DNA of 64,000 nucleotides from an uncultured Pelagibacteraceae bacterium (GCA_902560625.1 CACEMD010000004.1:22351-86350); one strand, 5' to 3'; counted from the stretch's first letter, positions 51,570 to 63,554 are shown. A program made the numbers and translations. The notes: generated from the sequence alone by a model not told the origin.

Positions 51570-51858
51570 TAGCTATATTAACAAATTTTTTAAAATCTTT
51601 CGATGGCTTAAATAATACTACTTTTCTCTCCTTAACTATATTTTCTACTTTAGTTTTAGGATTTCTTCCAATACGACTTTTCTTTTCTCTTAAAACAAAT
51701 GTTCCAAAATTTGTTATTTTTAATTTCTTATCTTTTTTGATTCCATCAATAATCAAATTAATTATATCATAAAGAATTTCATCTATGACTTTCTTGGGGA
51801 AACCAACTTGCATATAAATACTTTTAACAATATCATTTTTGGTTAAATTTTTTCTCAT
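51556..51858 (-). CDS. ihfA: Integration host factor subunit alpha
   Basis: FGTF, RIGRNPKT, VLFKPS; plsX-ihfA-merR synteny. Confidence 0.88.
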   Translation of the reverse strand: MRKNLTKNDIVKSIYMQVGFPKKVIDEILYDIINLIIDGIKKDKKLKITNFGTFVLREKKSRIGRNPKTKVENIVKERKVVLFKPSKDFKKFVNIANDSK

Positions 51859-52859
51859 CAGAGATTATTTTTAATTTTATTAATAAGCCCACCTTTAATA
51901 ATCTTTTCACACACCGAAAGAGAGTTTGAAAAACCTATATAATCCGTTGCTCCATGACTTTTTATAACTGGCGAATCTAATCCTAATAAAATTGCACCGT
52001 TGTATAATCTAGGATCCAGTCTATTTTTAAATTTTTTTAAATTACTTATATTAATTAAACTTGAAATTTTACCTAAAAAATTATTACTCATCGCTTTTTT
52101 TAATTCATTTGTTATAAAATTAGCCGTACCCTCTGCAGTTTTTAAAGCTACATTTCCTGTAAAACCATCAGCTACAATAACATTTACATCGCCGTTCATA
52201 AGCTCGTTCCCTTCAATAAAACCTTTAAACTCAAAGTCTTTACTATTTATTTGGTTCATTTTTTGATAAGTGCTTTTAATTATTTCATTACCTTTAATTT
52301 CTTCCGAACCTATATTCAACAAAGCTACTTTGGCAATTTCCTCAGGATATAACGATTTAAATAATGATGATCCCATAATTGCAAAATCAATTAAATTTTT
52401 TTCATTACACTCAATATTCGCACCTAAATCTAGTACAACACTCATTCCTTTTTTATTAGGCCATATCGCAGAAAGTGCTGGCTTGTCAATATTTTCAATC
52501 ATTTTTAAATTAAGTTTTGCAATAACAAGGAGAGCTCCTGTGTTACCTGCTGAAATTACAATATCAGCTTTTTTATCTTTAACACTTTGAATTGATAACC
52601 ACATACTGGTGTCTTTTCCTCTTTTTGCTGCTCCAAGTGGTGTATCTTTGCCTTCAACAACATTATCTGTATGAAAAACATTGAATGACTCTTTAGGAAT
52701 ATTTTTAGGTAATAATTGTTCTATTTTATTTTTATTGCCGAAAATTAAATACTTTACATTAGAGCTTTTTTTGAAATGATCTAAAATTCCATCTATAACT
52801 TTTTTGGGTGATCCATCACCACCCATTGCATCAACAGCAATAGTTACTTTGTTGTTCAT
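51858..52859 (-). CDS. plsX: Phosphate acyltransferase PlsX
   Basis: AVDAMGGD, SAGNTGA, DGFTGNVALK, KSHG. Confidence 0.96.
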   Translation of the reverse strand: MNNKVTIAVDAMGGDGSPKKVIDGILDHFKKSSNVKYLIFGNKNKIEQLLPKNIPKESFNVFHTDNVVEGKDTPLGAAKRGKDTSMWLSIQSVKDKKADIVISAGNTGALLVIAKLNLKMIENIDKPALSAIWPNKKGMSVVLDLGANIECNEKNLIDFAIMGSSLFKSLYPEEIAKVALLNIGSEEIKGNEIIKSTYQKMNQINSKDFEFKGFIEGNELMNGDVNVIVADGFTGNVALKTAEGTANFITNELKKAMSNNFLGKISSLINISNLKKFKNRLDPRLYNGAILLGLDSPVIKSHGATDYIGFSNSLSVCEKIIKGGLINKIKNNL

Positions 52860-52877
52860 TATTTTATTATAAAGTAT

Positions 52878-53057
52878 TTATTCTTCTGGATCTAATATTT
52901 GTCTACCTTTATACATGCCAGTTTTAGGATCCAGGTGGTGTGACAGTCTATATTCTCCACTTTTTTTATCTTCAATAATATTTTTAGGTGATATTTTTAT
53001 ATGTGATCTTCTCTTGCCAGCTCTTGATCTTGTAGTTTTTCTTTTTGGAACAGCCAT
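52878..53057 (-). CDS. rpmF: 50S ribosomal protein L32 (59 aa, below ORF-track cutoff)
   Basis: [19 protein letters not shown]...[23 protein letters not shown]. Confidence 0.95.
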   Translation of the reverse strand: MAVPKRKTTRSRAGKRRSHIKISPKNIIEDKKSGEYRLSHHLDPKTGMYKGRQILDPEE

Positions 53058-53061
53058 AATT

Positions 53062-53535
53062 TTAAAATTTTATGCTTATTACACCTTTTGAGAAATAATT
53101 TAAAGTCTTATTTTTTACTAGCATAACGAATTGATCAAAATATTGGATTAAATTGTCACTAGAAGTATTTATATCTAAAATATTATTTATTATATTAGAC
53201 TTTTCAGATACTGTTAAATCATCCCAATTATGAATTCTACCCAATATGTCATAAAATTTATTGAGATAATCTTTCATTTTTTTATTTACCGTTACATCAC
53301 CGTGCCCAGTTTCACGGATATCAGACTCCAAAGATTTGAAAAAAACATCATGTGTTTTTTGCAATATATCAATTTTATATAAATTTTTTTTATATTTCAT
53401 CAAGAAAGCAAAATGCAATAATAAAATTGTTAACCTATCAGAAAAGCTATCCTGTAAGGTAAAGTTTTCATATAATTGATTATTTCTAGAAATTTTAACA
53501 AAATTGTTATAAAGATTTGTATTATATATTGTCAT
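53062..53535 (-). CDS. Ubiquinol-cytochrome c chaperone (Cbp3-like)
   Basis: [27 protein letters not shown]; divergent from bamE. Confidence 0.85.
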   Translation of the reverse strand: MTIYNTNLYNNFVKISRNNQLYENFTLQDSFSDRLTILLLHFAFLMKYKKNLYKIDILQKTHDVFFKSLESDIRETGHGDVTVNKKMKDYLNKFYDILGRIHNWDDLTVSEKSNIINNILDINTSSDNLIQYFDQFVMLVKNKTLNYFSKGVISIKF

Positions 53536-54001
53536 GAAAAAAATTTTAATATTAACTATATTAGTTATCACTTCAAATTGTTCTTTTAAAGATGTAAAAA
53601 AAACTCATGGTATAAAAAATTTAAATAAAAAAAGTAGTAAACTTGTTTTAAATGCAACAAATAGTAACGATATATTAAATATTTTAGGTCCGCCATCAAC
53701 AAAAAGCGAGTTAGACCCAAACACATGGATATATATTGAGAGAAAAGTTAGCAATTCATCTGTATTTACTATTGGAAAAGAGAAACTTGCCTCAAACAAT
53801 CTTCTGGTACTTAAAGTTAATGATAGAGGTATTCTCTATGAAATGGAACTTTATGATCTTACAAAAATGAACAATGTCAAAATTTCTCAATTAGAAACTG
53901 AAAATACATTTGCAAGCAGTGATTTTTTAAGCAAAATACTTATTAGTGTTAGACAAAAAATTAATGACCCCATTAGAAATAGGCTAAAAAAGAATAGGTA
54001 A
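53534..54001 (+). CDS. bamE: Outer membrane protein assembly factor BamE
   Basis: Lipobox SNC, LGPPST, WIYI. Confidence 0.85.
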   Translation: MKKILILTILVITSNCSFKDVKKTHGIKNLNKKSSKLVLNATNSNDILNILGPPSTKSELDPNTWIYIERKVSNSSVFTIGKEKLASNNLLVLKVNDRGILYEMELYDLTKMNNVKISQLETENTFASSDFLSKILISVRQKINDPIRNRLKKNR

Positions 54002-54003
54002 AT

Positions 54004-56109
54004 TTAACCAGCTATAACTGCTAATAATAAAAGCGCTACTATATTAGTAATTTTAATCATTGGATTAACAGCAGGACCCGCTGTATCTTTATAAGGATCA
54101 CCTACTGTATCACCTGTTACAGCAGCTTTATGTGCTTCTGAACCTTTTCCACCAAAGTTTCCATCTTCAATATATTTTTTTGCATTATCCCAAGCACCAC
54201 CGCCAGCAGTCATAGATATAGCAACGAATAAACCGGTAATAATGACACCTAGCAACATTGCACCAACTGCAGATAATGCAGCAACTTGACCTCCAATAGG
54301 TAAAATAAACAAATATAAAACAATTGGTGATAGAACAGGTAAAAGTGATGGTATAACCATCTCCTTAATTGCTGCTTTTGTTAGTAAATCTACTAATTTT
54401 CCATAATCAGGTTTTGATTTACGTTTCATTATACCTGGAATTTTTTTAAATTGTCTTCTAACCTCTATAACAACAGCCCCACCTGCTCTACCAACTGCCT
54501 GCATACCCATAGATCCAAATAAATAAGGAAGCATACCTCCAACAAGCAATCCAACTACAACAAATGGATTTGATAAATCAAATGTTACAACTATATTTTC
54601 TAATTTTGAACCACTAATTTTAGAAAAATGTTTTATATCCTCAGTATAAGCAGCAAATAAAACTAAAGCACCCAAACCCGCAGAACCAATTGCATAACCT
54701 TTTGTTACTGCTTTTGTTGTATTGCCCACAGCATCTAATGCATCTGTTGTTTTTCTAACATTTTTAGGTAAATTTGACATCTCAGCAATTCCACCAGCAT
54801 TATCAGTTACGGGTCCATAAGCATCGAGAGCAACTACCATTCCCGCTAGGGCCAACATAGTTGTTACAGCAATTGCTATACCAAAAAGACCGGCAATGTA
54901 ATTAGTTAAAAGTATACCACCAACAATAATTAGAGCGGGGATTGCAGTAGCTTCCATAGAAACAGCTAGTCCTTGTATCACATTTGTGCCATGTCCTGTT
55001 GTAGATGATGAAGCAACGCTTTTAACGGGACGATAATTAGTCCCAGTATAATATTCAGTAACCCATATAAGAAGTCCAGTTATAACTAAACCAATTACGC
55101 CACAATAATACAAACTCATGCCAGTAAATGATTTTTCTGAAATATTATAAATTTTTTCTAGACCTAATACGTAGTCTGTTATTGGGTATAAAATTATTAG
55201 TGATGTTATAGCAGTTACAATAAAGCCTTTATAAAGTGCGTGCATTATATTTTTTGAATTACCCAGTTTAACAAAGAAAGTGCCAATTATAGACGTTAAA
55301 ATACATGCGCCACCAATCGACAAGGGGTAAATCATCATATTGAGATTTCCATGAAAAAAAATTGAAGATAAGACCATCGTTGCAACTATTGTGACAGCAT
55401 ATGTTTCAAATAAATCAGCAGCCATTCCAGCACAATCGCCAACATTATCTCCCACATTATCAGCTATAACAGCGGGATTTCTAGGATCATCCTCAGGTAT
55501 ACCAGCTTCAACTTTTCCAACTAAATCAGCACCTACATCAGCACCTTTAGTAAAAATTCCTCCACCCAATCTTGCAAAAATAGAAATTAATGAAGCACCG
55601 AATCCTAATGCAACTAATGCATTTACAATTTCCCTTTCATCGATACCAAAAGATAAAAGTAAATAATAATAAACCGCTATTGATAATAGCGCTAAACCAG
55701 CAACTAACATACCAGTTACAGCCCCAGATCTAAATGCAATCGAAAGACCTTGTGATAGTCCTTTTCTTGCGGCTTCAGCAGTTCTTACATTTGCTTGAAC
55801 TGAAACGAGCATACCAACGTAGCCAGCTATTCCAGACAACGATGCACCTATTAAATAACCAATTCCTACTAAAACACTAAAAGCAAAACTAATTATAACC
55901 AAAACAACCACACCCACTATGGCAATTGTTTTGTATTGTCTGTTTAAATATGCTTTTGCTCCAATCTGAATAGCGGAAGCAATTTCTTGCATTTTGCTAT
56001 TACCTGCACTTGCACTCAAAATATTCTTTCCTGTAAAAAAACCGTAAACAATAGATAATAATCCTGCCAATATAATAATCTGAAGTATACTTAATGCTGA
56101 AGCGTCCAT
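54004..56109 (-). CDS. hppA: Membrane H+-translocating pyrophosphatase (K+-independent type)
   Basis: [26 protein letters not shown] (Lys at K+-dependence position), GDTVGDP. Confidence 0.95.
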   Translation of the reverse strand: MDASALSILQIIILAGLLSIVYGFFTGKNILSASAGNSKMQEIASAIQIGAKAYLNRQYKTIAIVGVVVLVIISFAFSVLVGIGYLIGASLSGIAGYVGMLVSVQANVRTAEAARKGLSQGLSIAFRSGAVTGMLVAGLALLSIAVYYYLLLSFGIDEREIVNALVALGFGASLISIFARLGGGIFTKGADVGADLVGKVEAGIPEDDPRNPAVIADNVGDNVGDCAGMAADLFETYAVTIVATMVLSSIFFHGNLNMMIYPLSIGGACILTSIIGTFFVKLGNSKNIMHALYKGFIVTAITSLIILYPITDYVLGLEKIYNISEKSFTGMSLYYCGVIGLVITGLLIWVTEYYTGTNYRPVKSVASSSTTGHGTNVIQGLAVSMEATAIPALIIVGGILLTNYIAGLFGIAIAVTTMLALAGMVVALDAYGPVTDNAGGIAEMSNLPKNVRKTTDALDAVGNTTKAVTKGYAIGSAGLGALVLFAAYTEDIKHFSKISGSKLENIVVTFDLSNPFVVVGLLVGGMLPYLFGSMGMQAVGRAGGAVVIEVRRQFKKIPGIMKRKSKPDYGKLVDLLTKAAIKEMVIPSLLPVLSPIVLYLFILPIGGQVAALSAVGAMLLGVIITGLFVAISMTAGGGAWDNAKKYIEDGNFGGKGSEAHKAAVTGDTVGDPYKDTAGPAVNPMIKITNIVALLLLAVIAG

Positions 56110-56192
56110 ATTTTCCTTTAATTGTATTTTAATTAGTAATTAATAAAAATCGGACATTACAAAAAAAGAGACAAAAGGCAATATTTAACTTA

Positions 56193-57152
56193 TTAAAACT
56201 TATGAGAATATCCTTGAAATTTACTAAGATTTAGGGGTTTATTAGAAAGTTTAATAGAATTATTTTTAAAACTATTATTTATATTACCGATTATTGTTAT
56301 TTTTTGATTCATACGTTTTCCTAAGGATTTAATCATTGATCTATTTTTTTTAGAGGAAGTAAAAAGAATCTGATAATCATCACCATTAAATATAAATTTT
56401 TGTTTTAGCTCTTTAGATTTTTTTAGGTAAAGTTTTAAAGCATTTGATATAGGGATTTTATTTATATCGATTTCAAAAGACAAATTTTGTTTATTAATAA
56501 GTTTGCTCATATCAGAAATTAAACCATCAGAAACATCTATGGAGGAGTTTGCAAATTTGTGTATTTCTTTGGAAATTTTGTGTGGTAAATCCGGACAATA
56601 ATATTTTTTTATAAAGTATTTTTTTAGTTTAGAGTTAATTTTTTTTTTTTTGTTTATTATATTTAGACCTAGAAAACTATCACCAATATTTCCAGTAATA
56701 TAAATATCGTCATATAATTTCGATTTATTTCTTTCAACAATTCTTTTTGCAAATCCTACAGTTGTAACAGAAAAAGAAATTTTATTAAAATTAGTTGTAT
56801 CACCACCAGATAGTTTTAAATTATATTTTTTTTGTTCTTGTCTTAATGAATTACTCATAATCATTAAGTTTTTTTTTGTAAATTTTTTTTTGCATCCACA
56901 TGCGGAAATAAAATAATATTTAGGCTCAACACCTTTAGCGATTAAATCTGATATTGAAGATCTAATAATTTTTTTTATGACTAAATTTGGATATTTAAAA
57001 TTAGGAAAATGAATTCCCTCATTGTATGTATCTATTGATACAACTAAACCTTTTTTTCTATCAAAAAAAACATCTTCATTTAACTCTTTTGCACCATTAT
57101 TATTTTTTGAAATTTTTTGAAAATACTTTTTTATTAATTCAAATTCATCCAT
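56193..57152 (-). CDS. thiL: Thiamine-monophosphate kinase
   Basis: EFELI, SDLIAKG, GGDT, DVSDGL, GDDY. Confidence 0.92.
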   Translation of the reverse strand: MDEFELIKKYFQKISKNNNGAKELNEDVFFDRKKGLVVSIDTYNEGIHFPNFKYPNLVIKKIIRSSISDLIAKGVEPKYYFISACGCKKKFTKKNLMIMSNSLRQEQKKYNLKLSGGDTTNFNKISFSVTTVGFAKRIVERNKSKLYDDIYITGNIGDSFLGLNIINKKKKINSKLKKYFIKKYYCPDLPHKISKEIHKFANSSIDVSDGLISDMSKLINKQNLSFEIDINKIPISNALKLYLKKSKELKQKFIFNGDDYQILFTSSKKNRSMIKSLGKRMNQKITIIGNINNSFKNNSIKLSNKPLNLSKFQGYSHKF

Positions 57153-57549
57153 TTGAATTTCTTATTCTTTTAGATATTTTATCCAACAATGCATTTAGAT
57201 ATTTTGTTTGACTATTCTCTATAAAAAAATTTGATGCTTTTAAATATTCATTTATTATAATTTTACTGGATATTTTGGGTTTATACAAAAGTTCAAAGAT
57301 AGCACTTTTTATGATCACTTGAAAAACTTTATCCAACTTACCTATATCTAAATCTAAATTCAAATGCATTGAGATCTCTTCTCGAATAACTTCGTCTCTT
57401 TCAATTGTTCCATTAACAACATCTTTAATAAATTTCTTAAACCTATGCTTTGGAAAAGTTAAATTTACATCATTATTAAAAAATCTTCCATAAAGTTTTT
57501 GAATTACTATAACTCTTGGATTGTTTTTTGGACTATAATACAAATTCAT
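57145..57549 (-). CDS. nusB: Transcription antitermination factor NusB
   Basis: AIFEL, IINEY, LNALLDK; ribH-nusB-thiL synteny. Confidence 0.88.
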   Translation of the reverse strand: MNLYYSPKNNPRVIVIQKLYGRFFNNDVNLTFPKHRFKKFIKDVVNGTIERDEVIREEISMHLNLDLDIGKLDKVFQVIIKSAIFELLYKPKISSKIIINEYLKASNFFIENSQTKYLNALLDKISKRIRNSNG

Positions 57550-57550
57550 A

Positions 57551-57943
57551 TTATTGATTTAATACTGAATAGATGGCATGTGCAGCTTCTTTCCCTTTTT
57601 TTCCACGAGCTTTTGCCTGTTTCATGTTTAAACAAGTTATTATTCCATTACCAATAGGTTTTTTATTGATTATGGATAAATTCATAATAGCATTAGTAGT
57701 CGAGTACGAAATAAAATCAAAATGAGGAGTATCGCCTTTAATAACACATCCTAAAGAGATAAATGCATCATATTTTTTGATATTTTTTGAAATTGTAACA
57801 GGTATTTCAAACACACCAGGAACTTTGATTAAATTTATGCTTAAAGATGATTTTTTTTCCAAATATAATTTAGCAGAATTAATTAAATTGGCAGCAATAT
57901 TCTTATAATAATCAGAAACAACGATTAAGATTTTTTTTCTCAT
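57551..57943 (-). CDS. ribH: 6,7-dimethyl-8-ribityllumazine synthase
   Basis: VPGVFEIP, LGCVIKGDTPHFD. Confidence 0.95.
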   Translation of the reverse strand: MRKKILIVVSDYYKNIAANLINSAKLYLEKKSSLSINLIKVPGVFEIPVTISKNIKKYDAFISLGCVIKGDTPHFDFISYSTTNAIMNLSIINKKPIGNGIITCLNMKQAKARGKKGKEAAHAIYSVLNQ

Positions 57944-59055
57944 TTTATAATTTCCTGTTTGATAATTTTAATTCCATATCCTTCTAAGCCTATAACTTTT
58001 TTTCTAGATCTTGTTACTAATATCATATTTTTGATGTTTAATGATTTAATTATTTGTGCACCAATTCCATAATTTCTAATAAGCTTATCTTGTCCTTTCT
58101 TATAAAAGTTTTTACTTTTATATTGTTTTAATGTCTGAGTAACTGACTTAAGATTTGGATCTCTTATAAAAATTAAAACACAGTTATTATATTTTTTAAA
58201 ATAAGTAATTGTCTTTTCAAAAGCATTTGGCAATTTATGATTTATTAAATAATTTTGAACAACATTTGAAGAAATTACCCTAAGTCTAGGAATTGTTCCT
58301 TTTTTTAAATTTCCTTTTACTAAAGCAAAATTTTCTGATCCATCGATTAAATTTTCATAAATCTTAATTTTAAACTTTTGATTCTGAACCATTATTGAAG
58401 AAGTTTTTTTAAGCTTAATTAACTTCTCTCTTTTTAGTCTATAGGAGATTAAATCCTCTATTTTAGCAATTTTAAGTTTGTGTTTTTTTGCAAAATTAAA
58501 TAAGGTTTTACCAGTAGCCATTTTTCCATCGTCAGCCATTATTTCACATATAACAGCAGAGTTATTTTTTTTTGCTAGTTTAGATATATCAACTGATGCT
58601 TCTGTGTGTCCTGCTCTAACAAGTACGCCACCATCTCTAGCTATAACAGGAAAGACATGACCAGGAGACACGATATCATTTCTACTTGCATTTTTTTTTG
58701 ACGCTACTTTAATTGTTCTTGATCTGTCATATGCAGATATTCCAGTAGTAACTCCTTTTTTTGCTTCGATAGAATAAGTAAAAGCAGTTTTGCTTCTTGA
58801 TTGGTTTATTGGTGATGCTAAAGTTAAATCAAGTTTTTTTGATTGCGCATTATCCATGGCTAAGCAAATCAAACCTCTGGCATACTTTGCCATAAAATTT
58901 ATATTTTTGGGATTTACCGCTGATGTTGAAATTACTAAATCGCCTTCATTCTCCATTTCTTCATGCTTGCTCTCATCATCAACAAGTATAAACATGCCAT
59001 TTTTTTTTACTGTGTTAATAATGTCTTGTATAGAACTAAAATTTTTTTTTTTCAT
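57940..59055 (-). CDS. ribB: 3,4-dihydroxy-2-butanone-4-phosphate synthase fused to degenerate GTP cyclohydrolase II domain
   Basis: ENEGD, PGHVFP, RAGHTEA, ICEI; C-domain retains RNYGIGAQI but lacks Zn cysteines. Confidence 0.92.
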   Translation of the reverse strand: MKKKNFSSIQDIINTVKKNGMFILVDDESKHEEMENEGDLVISTSAVNPKNINFMAKYARGLICLAMDNAQSKKLDLTLASPINQSRSKTAFTYSIEAKKGVTTGISAYDRSRTIKVASKKNASRNDIVSPGHVFPVIARDGGVLVRAGHTEASVDISKLAKKNNSAVICEIMADDGKMATGKTLFNFAKKHKLKIAKIEDLISYRLKREKLIKLKKTSSIMVQNQKFKIKIYENLIDGSENFALVKGNLKKGTIPRLRVISSNVVQNYLINHKLPNAFEKTITYFKKYNNCVLIFIRDPNLKSVTQTLKQYKSKNFYKKGQDKLIRNYGIGAQIIKSLNIKNMILVTRSRKKVIGLEGYGIKIIKQEIIK

Positions 59056-59635
59056 TAAGATGTTTTTTTACATATTTTGATAAAATATCAATCTCAACAT
59101 TGACCAGATCACCTTTTTTCAATTTTGATAAATTTGTTAGTTTTAAAGTATGTGGAATTACCCATATTTCAAAGCCAATTTTAGTTATTTTTGAAATAGT
59201 TAATGAGACACCATTTATTAAAATTGAAGCTTTTTGAACTAGATCTTTAATAAAACTTTTATTAATTCTGAATTTAAATATCAAAGATTTATTTTCTATT
59301 GTAATCTTAGAAAGTTTTGCTGTGGTATCTACATGCCCTTGACATATATGACCGGAAATGTCTTGACCAAATTTAAGAGGCAATTCTAAATTGATTTGAT
59401 CACCAAATTTTAAGTGTTTAAATTTTGATTTTTTAATAGTTTCATTTGATAAATAAAATTCAGATAATTTATTACTAACTGATATTAGAGTTAAACAAAC
59501 TCCATCACAAGCAACTGACATACCAAGATTTTTTTTAGTTAAATTTAAATTTGAACTTATAAATATATTTAATCCTTTATTACTCTTAAAAATTTTTTTT
59601 ATTTTACCTGTTTTGTATATAATTCCATTAAACAT
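59036..59635 (-). CDS. ribE: Riboflavin synthase
   Basis: MFNGI, SVACDGVCLT, GHVD, NGVSLT. Confidence 0.95.
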   Translation of the reverse strand: MFNGIIYKTGKIKKIFKSNKGLNIFISSNLNLTKKNLGMSVACDGVCLTLISVSNKLSEFYLSNETIKKSKFKHLKFGDQINLELPLKFGQDISGHICQGHVDTTAKLSKITIENKSLIFKFRINKSFIKDLVQKASILINGVSLTISKITKIGFEIWVIPHTLKLTNLSKLKKGDLVNVEIDILSKYVKKHLNEKKKF

Positions 59636-59639
59636 AATA

Positions 59640-60740
59640 TTAATAATATCTAGTTAATTTATCATTCTCTAAATAGGTATCTACATTTTCTTTAAATTTA
59701 AAATATTTTGAAAGTTTTGGTTTTAGTTTTGACATACTAAGTTTTCCATTTTTATTTAATTTTTTTTTACTTTTAAATAAATAAAATTCATTCATTAGTT
59801 TTGATTTAATAAAATTACCTGTTAATTTAATTCCTCCTTCAATTAATAAAGAGCTAATTCCTAAACTATAAATTTTTTTAACTATTGATAATAAATTAAA
59901 ATTACCCTCTTTATTAAGTTTCATTTTAATTAATTTGACTCCTTTTTTATTAAATTTTTTTTTTTTATTACTCGTTGATTTATTATAAAAAATATAAGTT
60001 TTATGATTTTTTGCTGTATCTATTAAATATAGGTTCTGCTTTAAATTAAGATTTTTGTCAATTATAAATCTTTTCGGACTAAAATTTTCTAATCCATCAA
60101 TCCTACAATTCAGTTTAGGATTATCAGAGTTTGCCGTTTTATAGCTTATTAGCACGCCGTCATTTTTATATCTTAGTAAATGAGATACTTTTAATGAATA
60201 TTTGTTAGTTATATATTTTTTTTTAGATTTTATATAATTGTCATTAGATGTAGCAATTTTTCCAACTATATAAGGGATTTTTTTTGATTTTGTAATAAAG
60301 TATGATTTGTATAATTTTTTTGCATCCTTTAATAAAAAATTTTTTATGACTTTAACATTTTTTTTTTTAAAAATATTGAATGATTTGTTTGATGTTCTAG
60401 GATCTACATCATCTATTGCATAATAAACTTTTTTAATACCAGACTTAATTATCAGATTAGTACAAGGTGGGGTTTTTCCATAATGGTTACAGGGCTCAAG
60501 TGAAACGTATAAAGTTGAATTTTTTAAGTTATGTTTACAATTTTTTATAGCATTTGTTTCTGAGTGAGGTCTGCCACCAAGACTTGTAATTCCAACTGAA
60601 ATTATTTCATCATTCTTGACAATAACACTCCCTACAGATGGATTTGATCCTGTTAAGCCAGAATTTTGTCTTGCTAAATTTAAGGCAAGCCGCATAAATT
60701 TTTTATTTTTATTCTTTGATTTATCTCTTTTTGAAGACAT
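59640..60740 (-). CDS. ribD: Riboflavin biosynthesis deaminase/reductase
   Basis: [26 protein letters not shown]; start at ATG 60740. Confidence 0.94.
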   Translation of the reverse strand: MSSKRDKSKNKNKKFMRLALNLARQNSGLTGSNPSVGSVIVKNDEIISVGITSLGGRPHSETNAIKNCKHNLKNSTLYVSLEPCNHYGKTPPCTNLIIKSGIKKVYYAIDDVDPRTSNKSFNIFKKKNVKVIKNFLLKDAKKLYKSYFITKSKKIPYIVGKIATSNDNYIKSKKKYITNKYSLKVSHLLRYKNDGVLISYKTANSDNPKLNCRIDGLENFSPKRFIIDKNLNLKQNLYLIDTAKNHKTYIFYNKSTSNKKKKFNKKGVKLIKMKLNKEGNFNLLSIVKKIYSLGISSLLIEGGIKLTGNFIKSKLMNEFYLFKSKKKLNKNGKLSMSKLKPKLSKYFKFKENVDTYLENDKLTRYY

Positions 60741-61179
60741 CGATTTTGTCCACAAATTGTACGAAATCTTTTTCTTCTCGAAAATTTCTATAAACTGATG
60801 CAAACCTTACATAAGCTACAGGGTCTAGCTCTTTTAAGCCATCCATAACCATTGTCCCTATTGTGCTTGAAGATATTTCACTTTGTCCAATTTCCTCTAA
60901 TGATCTAGATATTTTTGTTATAAATTTTTCCACTGTATCAGTGTCTATAGGTCTTTTTTTTAATGCTATGTAAATTGATTTTGATAATTTATCTCTATCA
61001 AAAGGTGATTTTCTTCCATTTTTTTTGACTACAAATAGTTCTCTAATTTGAACTCTTTCAAATGTAGTAAATCTCTCTCCACATGTAGTGCAAAGTCTTC
61101 TTCTTCTAATTGCAGTGCCATCTTCTGTTGGTCTTGAATCGACAACTGACGTTTCCCCTTTTTTACACGGACAAATCAT
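60721..61179 (-). CDS. nrdR: Transcriptional repressor NrdR
   Basis: [22 protein letters not shown] cone, [10 protein letters not shown]. Confidence 0.96.
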   Translation of the reverse strand: MICPCKKGETSVVDSRPTEDGTAIRRRRLCTTCGERFTTFERVQIRELFVVKKNGRKSPFDRDKLSKSIYIALKKRPIDTDTVEKFITKISRSLEEIGQSEISSSTIGTMVMDGLKELDPVAYVRFASVYRNFREEKDFVQFVDKIDVFKKR

Positions 61180-61190
61180 AATAAAAAGTT

Positions 61191-62501
61191 TTATCTCAAA
61201 TGTTTGTATATAGGAAATTTACTACACAAATCTATAACTTCATTACGTACTTCTTCTTCAATTTTACTATTATCAGACGGGTTCTTTTCAAGACCCTTAA
61301 TAGTTTTTGTAATTAGTTCTCCAATTTTTTCAAATTCTTTTAAACCGAAACCTCTTGTTGTAGCAGCTTGCGATCCTAATCTTATACCTGATGTAATCAT
61401 AGGACTTTCCTTATCAAATGGAATACCATTTTTGTTACATGTAATATTCGCTCTTGATAAGCTGTCTGATGCAATGTTACCTTTAACTCCAAATGGTCTT
61501 AAATCAACTAACATCAAGTGGGTATCTGTACCACCTGAATATATTTTAAATCCATTATTTTTTAATGTTTCAGATAAAATTTTAGCATTTGCCAATACTG
61601 ACTTAATATAATCTTGGAATTCAGGTTTTAGAGCCTCTAAAAATCCAACTGCTTTAGCCGCTATTATGTGCATTAAAGGCCCACCTTGATACCCTGGAAA
61701 GACTGCAGAATTAAATTTTTTTGATAAATCTTCTCTATTAGTTAAAATTATTCCACCTCTCGCGCTTCTAAATACTTTGTGAGTTGTAGAAGTTACTACA
61801 TCAGCAAACTTAACTGGATTTGGATAACCTTTTCCAGCTACTAATCCCGAAAAATGTGCCATATCAACCATAAAGTAAGCTCCAATTTTGTCAGCAATAT
61901 TTCTGAATTTTTCAAAATTAATAACTCTTGAATATGCACTGCCCCCTGCAATAATTAATTTAGGTTTATGCTCAACAGCTAATTTTTCAATTACATCATA
62001 ATTTAGTAGTTCTGTTTCTTTATCAACTTCATATGCAATTGCATTAAACCATTTTCCTGAAACGGCAGCTTTTGAGCCATGAGTTAAGTGACCGCCTGAA
62101 TTTAAACTTAAACCCATTATGGTGTCACCTGGTTTTAGCAATGCAAGAAATACGGCTCCATTAGCTTGGGCGCCTGAGTGAGGCTGTGCATTTGCAAATT
62201 TACAGTCAAATAATTTTTTAAGTCTTTCGATCGCTAGACTTTCAGCCACATCAACATGTTCGCAGCCATTATAATATCTTTTACCAGGATAACCTTCAGC
62301 ATATTTATTTGTAAGAACAGAACCTTGTGCCTCTAACACAGATTGTGAAACAATATTTTCTGATGCAATTAATTCTATATGGTTTTGCTGTCTAACTAAT
62401 TCATCATTAATCGCTTTATAGATATCAGGATCAGTTTCTGACAATTTTTTTTCAAAAAAATCTTTATACTCAGAGTTTATATATTTACCTTCGCTAGACA
62501 T
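61191..62501 (-). CDS. glyA: Serine hydroxymethyltransferase
   Basis: [26 protein letters not shown]. Confidence 0.98.
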   Translation of the reverse strand: MSSEGKYINSEYKDFFEKKLSETDPDIYKAINDELVRQQNHIELIASENIVSQSVLEAQGSVLTNKYAEGYPGKRYYNGCEHVDVAESLAIERLKKLFDCKFANAQPHSGAQANGAVFLALLKPGDTIMGLSLNSGGHLTHGSKAAVSGKWFNAIAYEVDKETELLNYDVIEKLAVEHKPKLIIAGGSAYSRVINFEKFRNIADKIGAYFMVDMAHFSGLVAGKGYPNPVKFADVVTSTTHKVFRSARGGIILTNREDLSKKFNSAVFPGYQGGPLMHIIAAKAVGFLEALKPEFQDYIKSVLANAKILSETLKNNGFKIYSGGTDTHLMLVDLRPFGVKGNIASDSLSRANITCNKNGIPFDKESPMITSGIRLGSQAATTRGFGLKEFEKIGELITKTIKGLEKNPSDNSKIEEEVRNEVIDLCSKFPIYKHLR

Positions 62502-62506
62502 AATTA

Positions 62507-62929
62507 TTATATTTTCTTAATTCTTCTAAGATGTCTTCCTCCTTCAAATTTTGTACTCAAAAAAATACGCACATAATTAAGTGCATTTTTTTTAGAAATT
62601 AATCTAGATCCCAATGTAATAATATTTGCATCATTATGCAATCTAGATAATTTAGCAGATTTTGCACTAAAACACTGTACTGCTCTTATATTTTTGTGTT
62701 TGTTTGCAACGATATTCATGCCTGTTCCTGATCCGCAAATCAAAATACCAAAGTTGTTTTTTGATTTTTTAACGATTTTGGCAAGTTTATGAGCATATAG
62801 TGGGTAATCAACTGATTTTGTATCAAAAGGTCCAAGGTCAAAAATTTTATTTTTTTTGAAAATATTATTTTTTATATAATCTTTGAGTCTATATCCAGCG
62901 TGATCTGAAGAAATATATATCTTTTTCAA
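62507..62929 (-). CDS. rpiB: Ribose-5-phosphate isomerase B
   Basis: SDHAG, DYP, CGSGTG, HNDAN, FEGGRH; TTG start. Confidence 0.93.
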   Translation of the reverse strand: MKKIYISSDHAGYRLKDYIKNNIFKKNKIFDLGPFDTKSVDYPLYAHKLAKIVKKSKNNFGILICGSGTGMNIVANKHKNIRAVQCFSAKSAKLSRLHNDANIITLGSRLISKKNALNYVRIFLSTKFEGGRHLRRIKKI

Positions 62930-62930
62930 A

Positions 62931-63554
62931 TTAATTAAATTTATAGTCTAAAACACATGCAACTAAATGCACTCTATTCTCTTCACCACCATTAAAAGCG
63001 TTGTGATATTTGAGATTATTTGTAATCCATACTGATCCATCTGCAGGCATGTGATGAGCTGCTTTATCAATTACCATTATAGCTCCTGGATTTGTATAAA
63101 TTGGTATATGTAACCTTGGTTCTGGATCTCTGTGCCAACTTAAGGTGGATCTAGGTTCTTTTAAAAGAAGTCTTACTCTACCTAATTTATAATATTTTGT
63201 TAGTTCATCGTAAACTTCTTTAAAATATGTATGTTCATAATCTTTAACAAATTCTGTATATCTACTTTCATCAATTTTTACATCCCTTGAAACTTCTACT
63301 CCAGTAGAATCAGGTTTTGTCCAGTAAACACCTCTTACCTTACTTCCTCTAATTGAGTCTGGATCTCCAGGTATTTGATTTAAAGATAATGCAGCAAAGT
63401 GAGGTATACCTAAACTAGTATCAAAGCCCTTAATTTTTAAAACTTCGTTACATGCATTGCGAAGCTTATTGATATCAAAATTTAAGGTCTGTTTATGAAA
63501 GTCATTGGCCAGATCAATTGATTTGGTTTTATTTATGGCTGTAACGTTATTCAT
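62931..63554 (-). CDS. Asp/Asn beta-hydroxylase-like Fe(II) cupin oxygenase
   Basis: WHRD..RLHIPI.TN...KYHNAFN...RVHLV (HxD...H facial triad). Confidence 0.7.
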   Translation of the reverse strand: MNNVTAINKTKSIDLANDFHKQTLNFDINKLRNACNEVLKIKGFDTSLGIPHFAALSLNQIPGDPDSIRGSKVRGVYWTKPDSTGVEVSRDVKIDESRYTEFVKDYEHTYFKEVYDELTKYYKLGRVRLLLKEPRSTLSWHRDPEPRLHIPIYTNPGAIMVIDKAAHHMPADGSVWITNNLKYHNAFNGGEENRVHLVACVLDYKFN

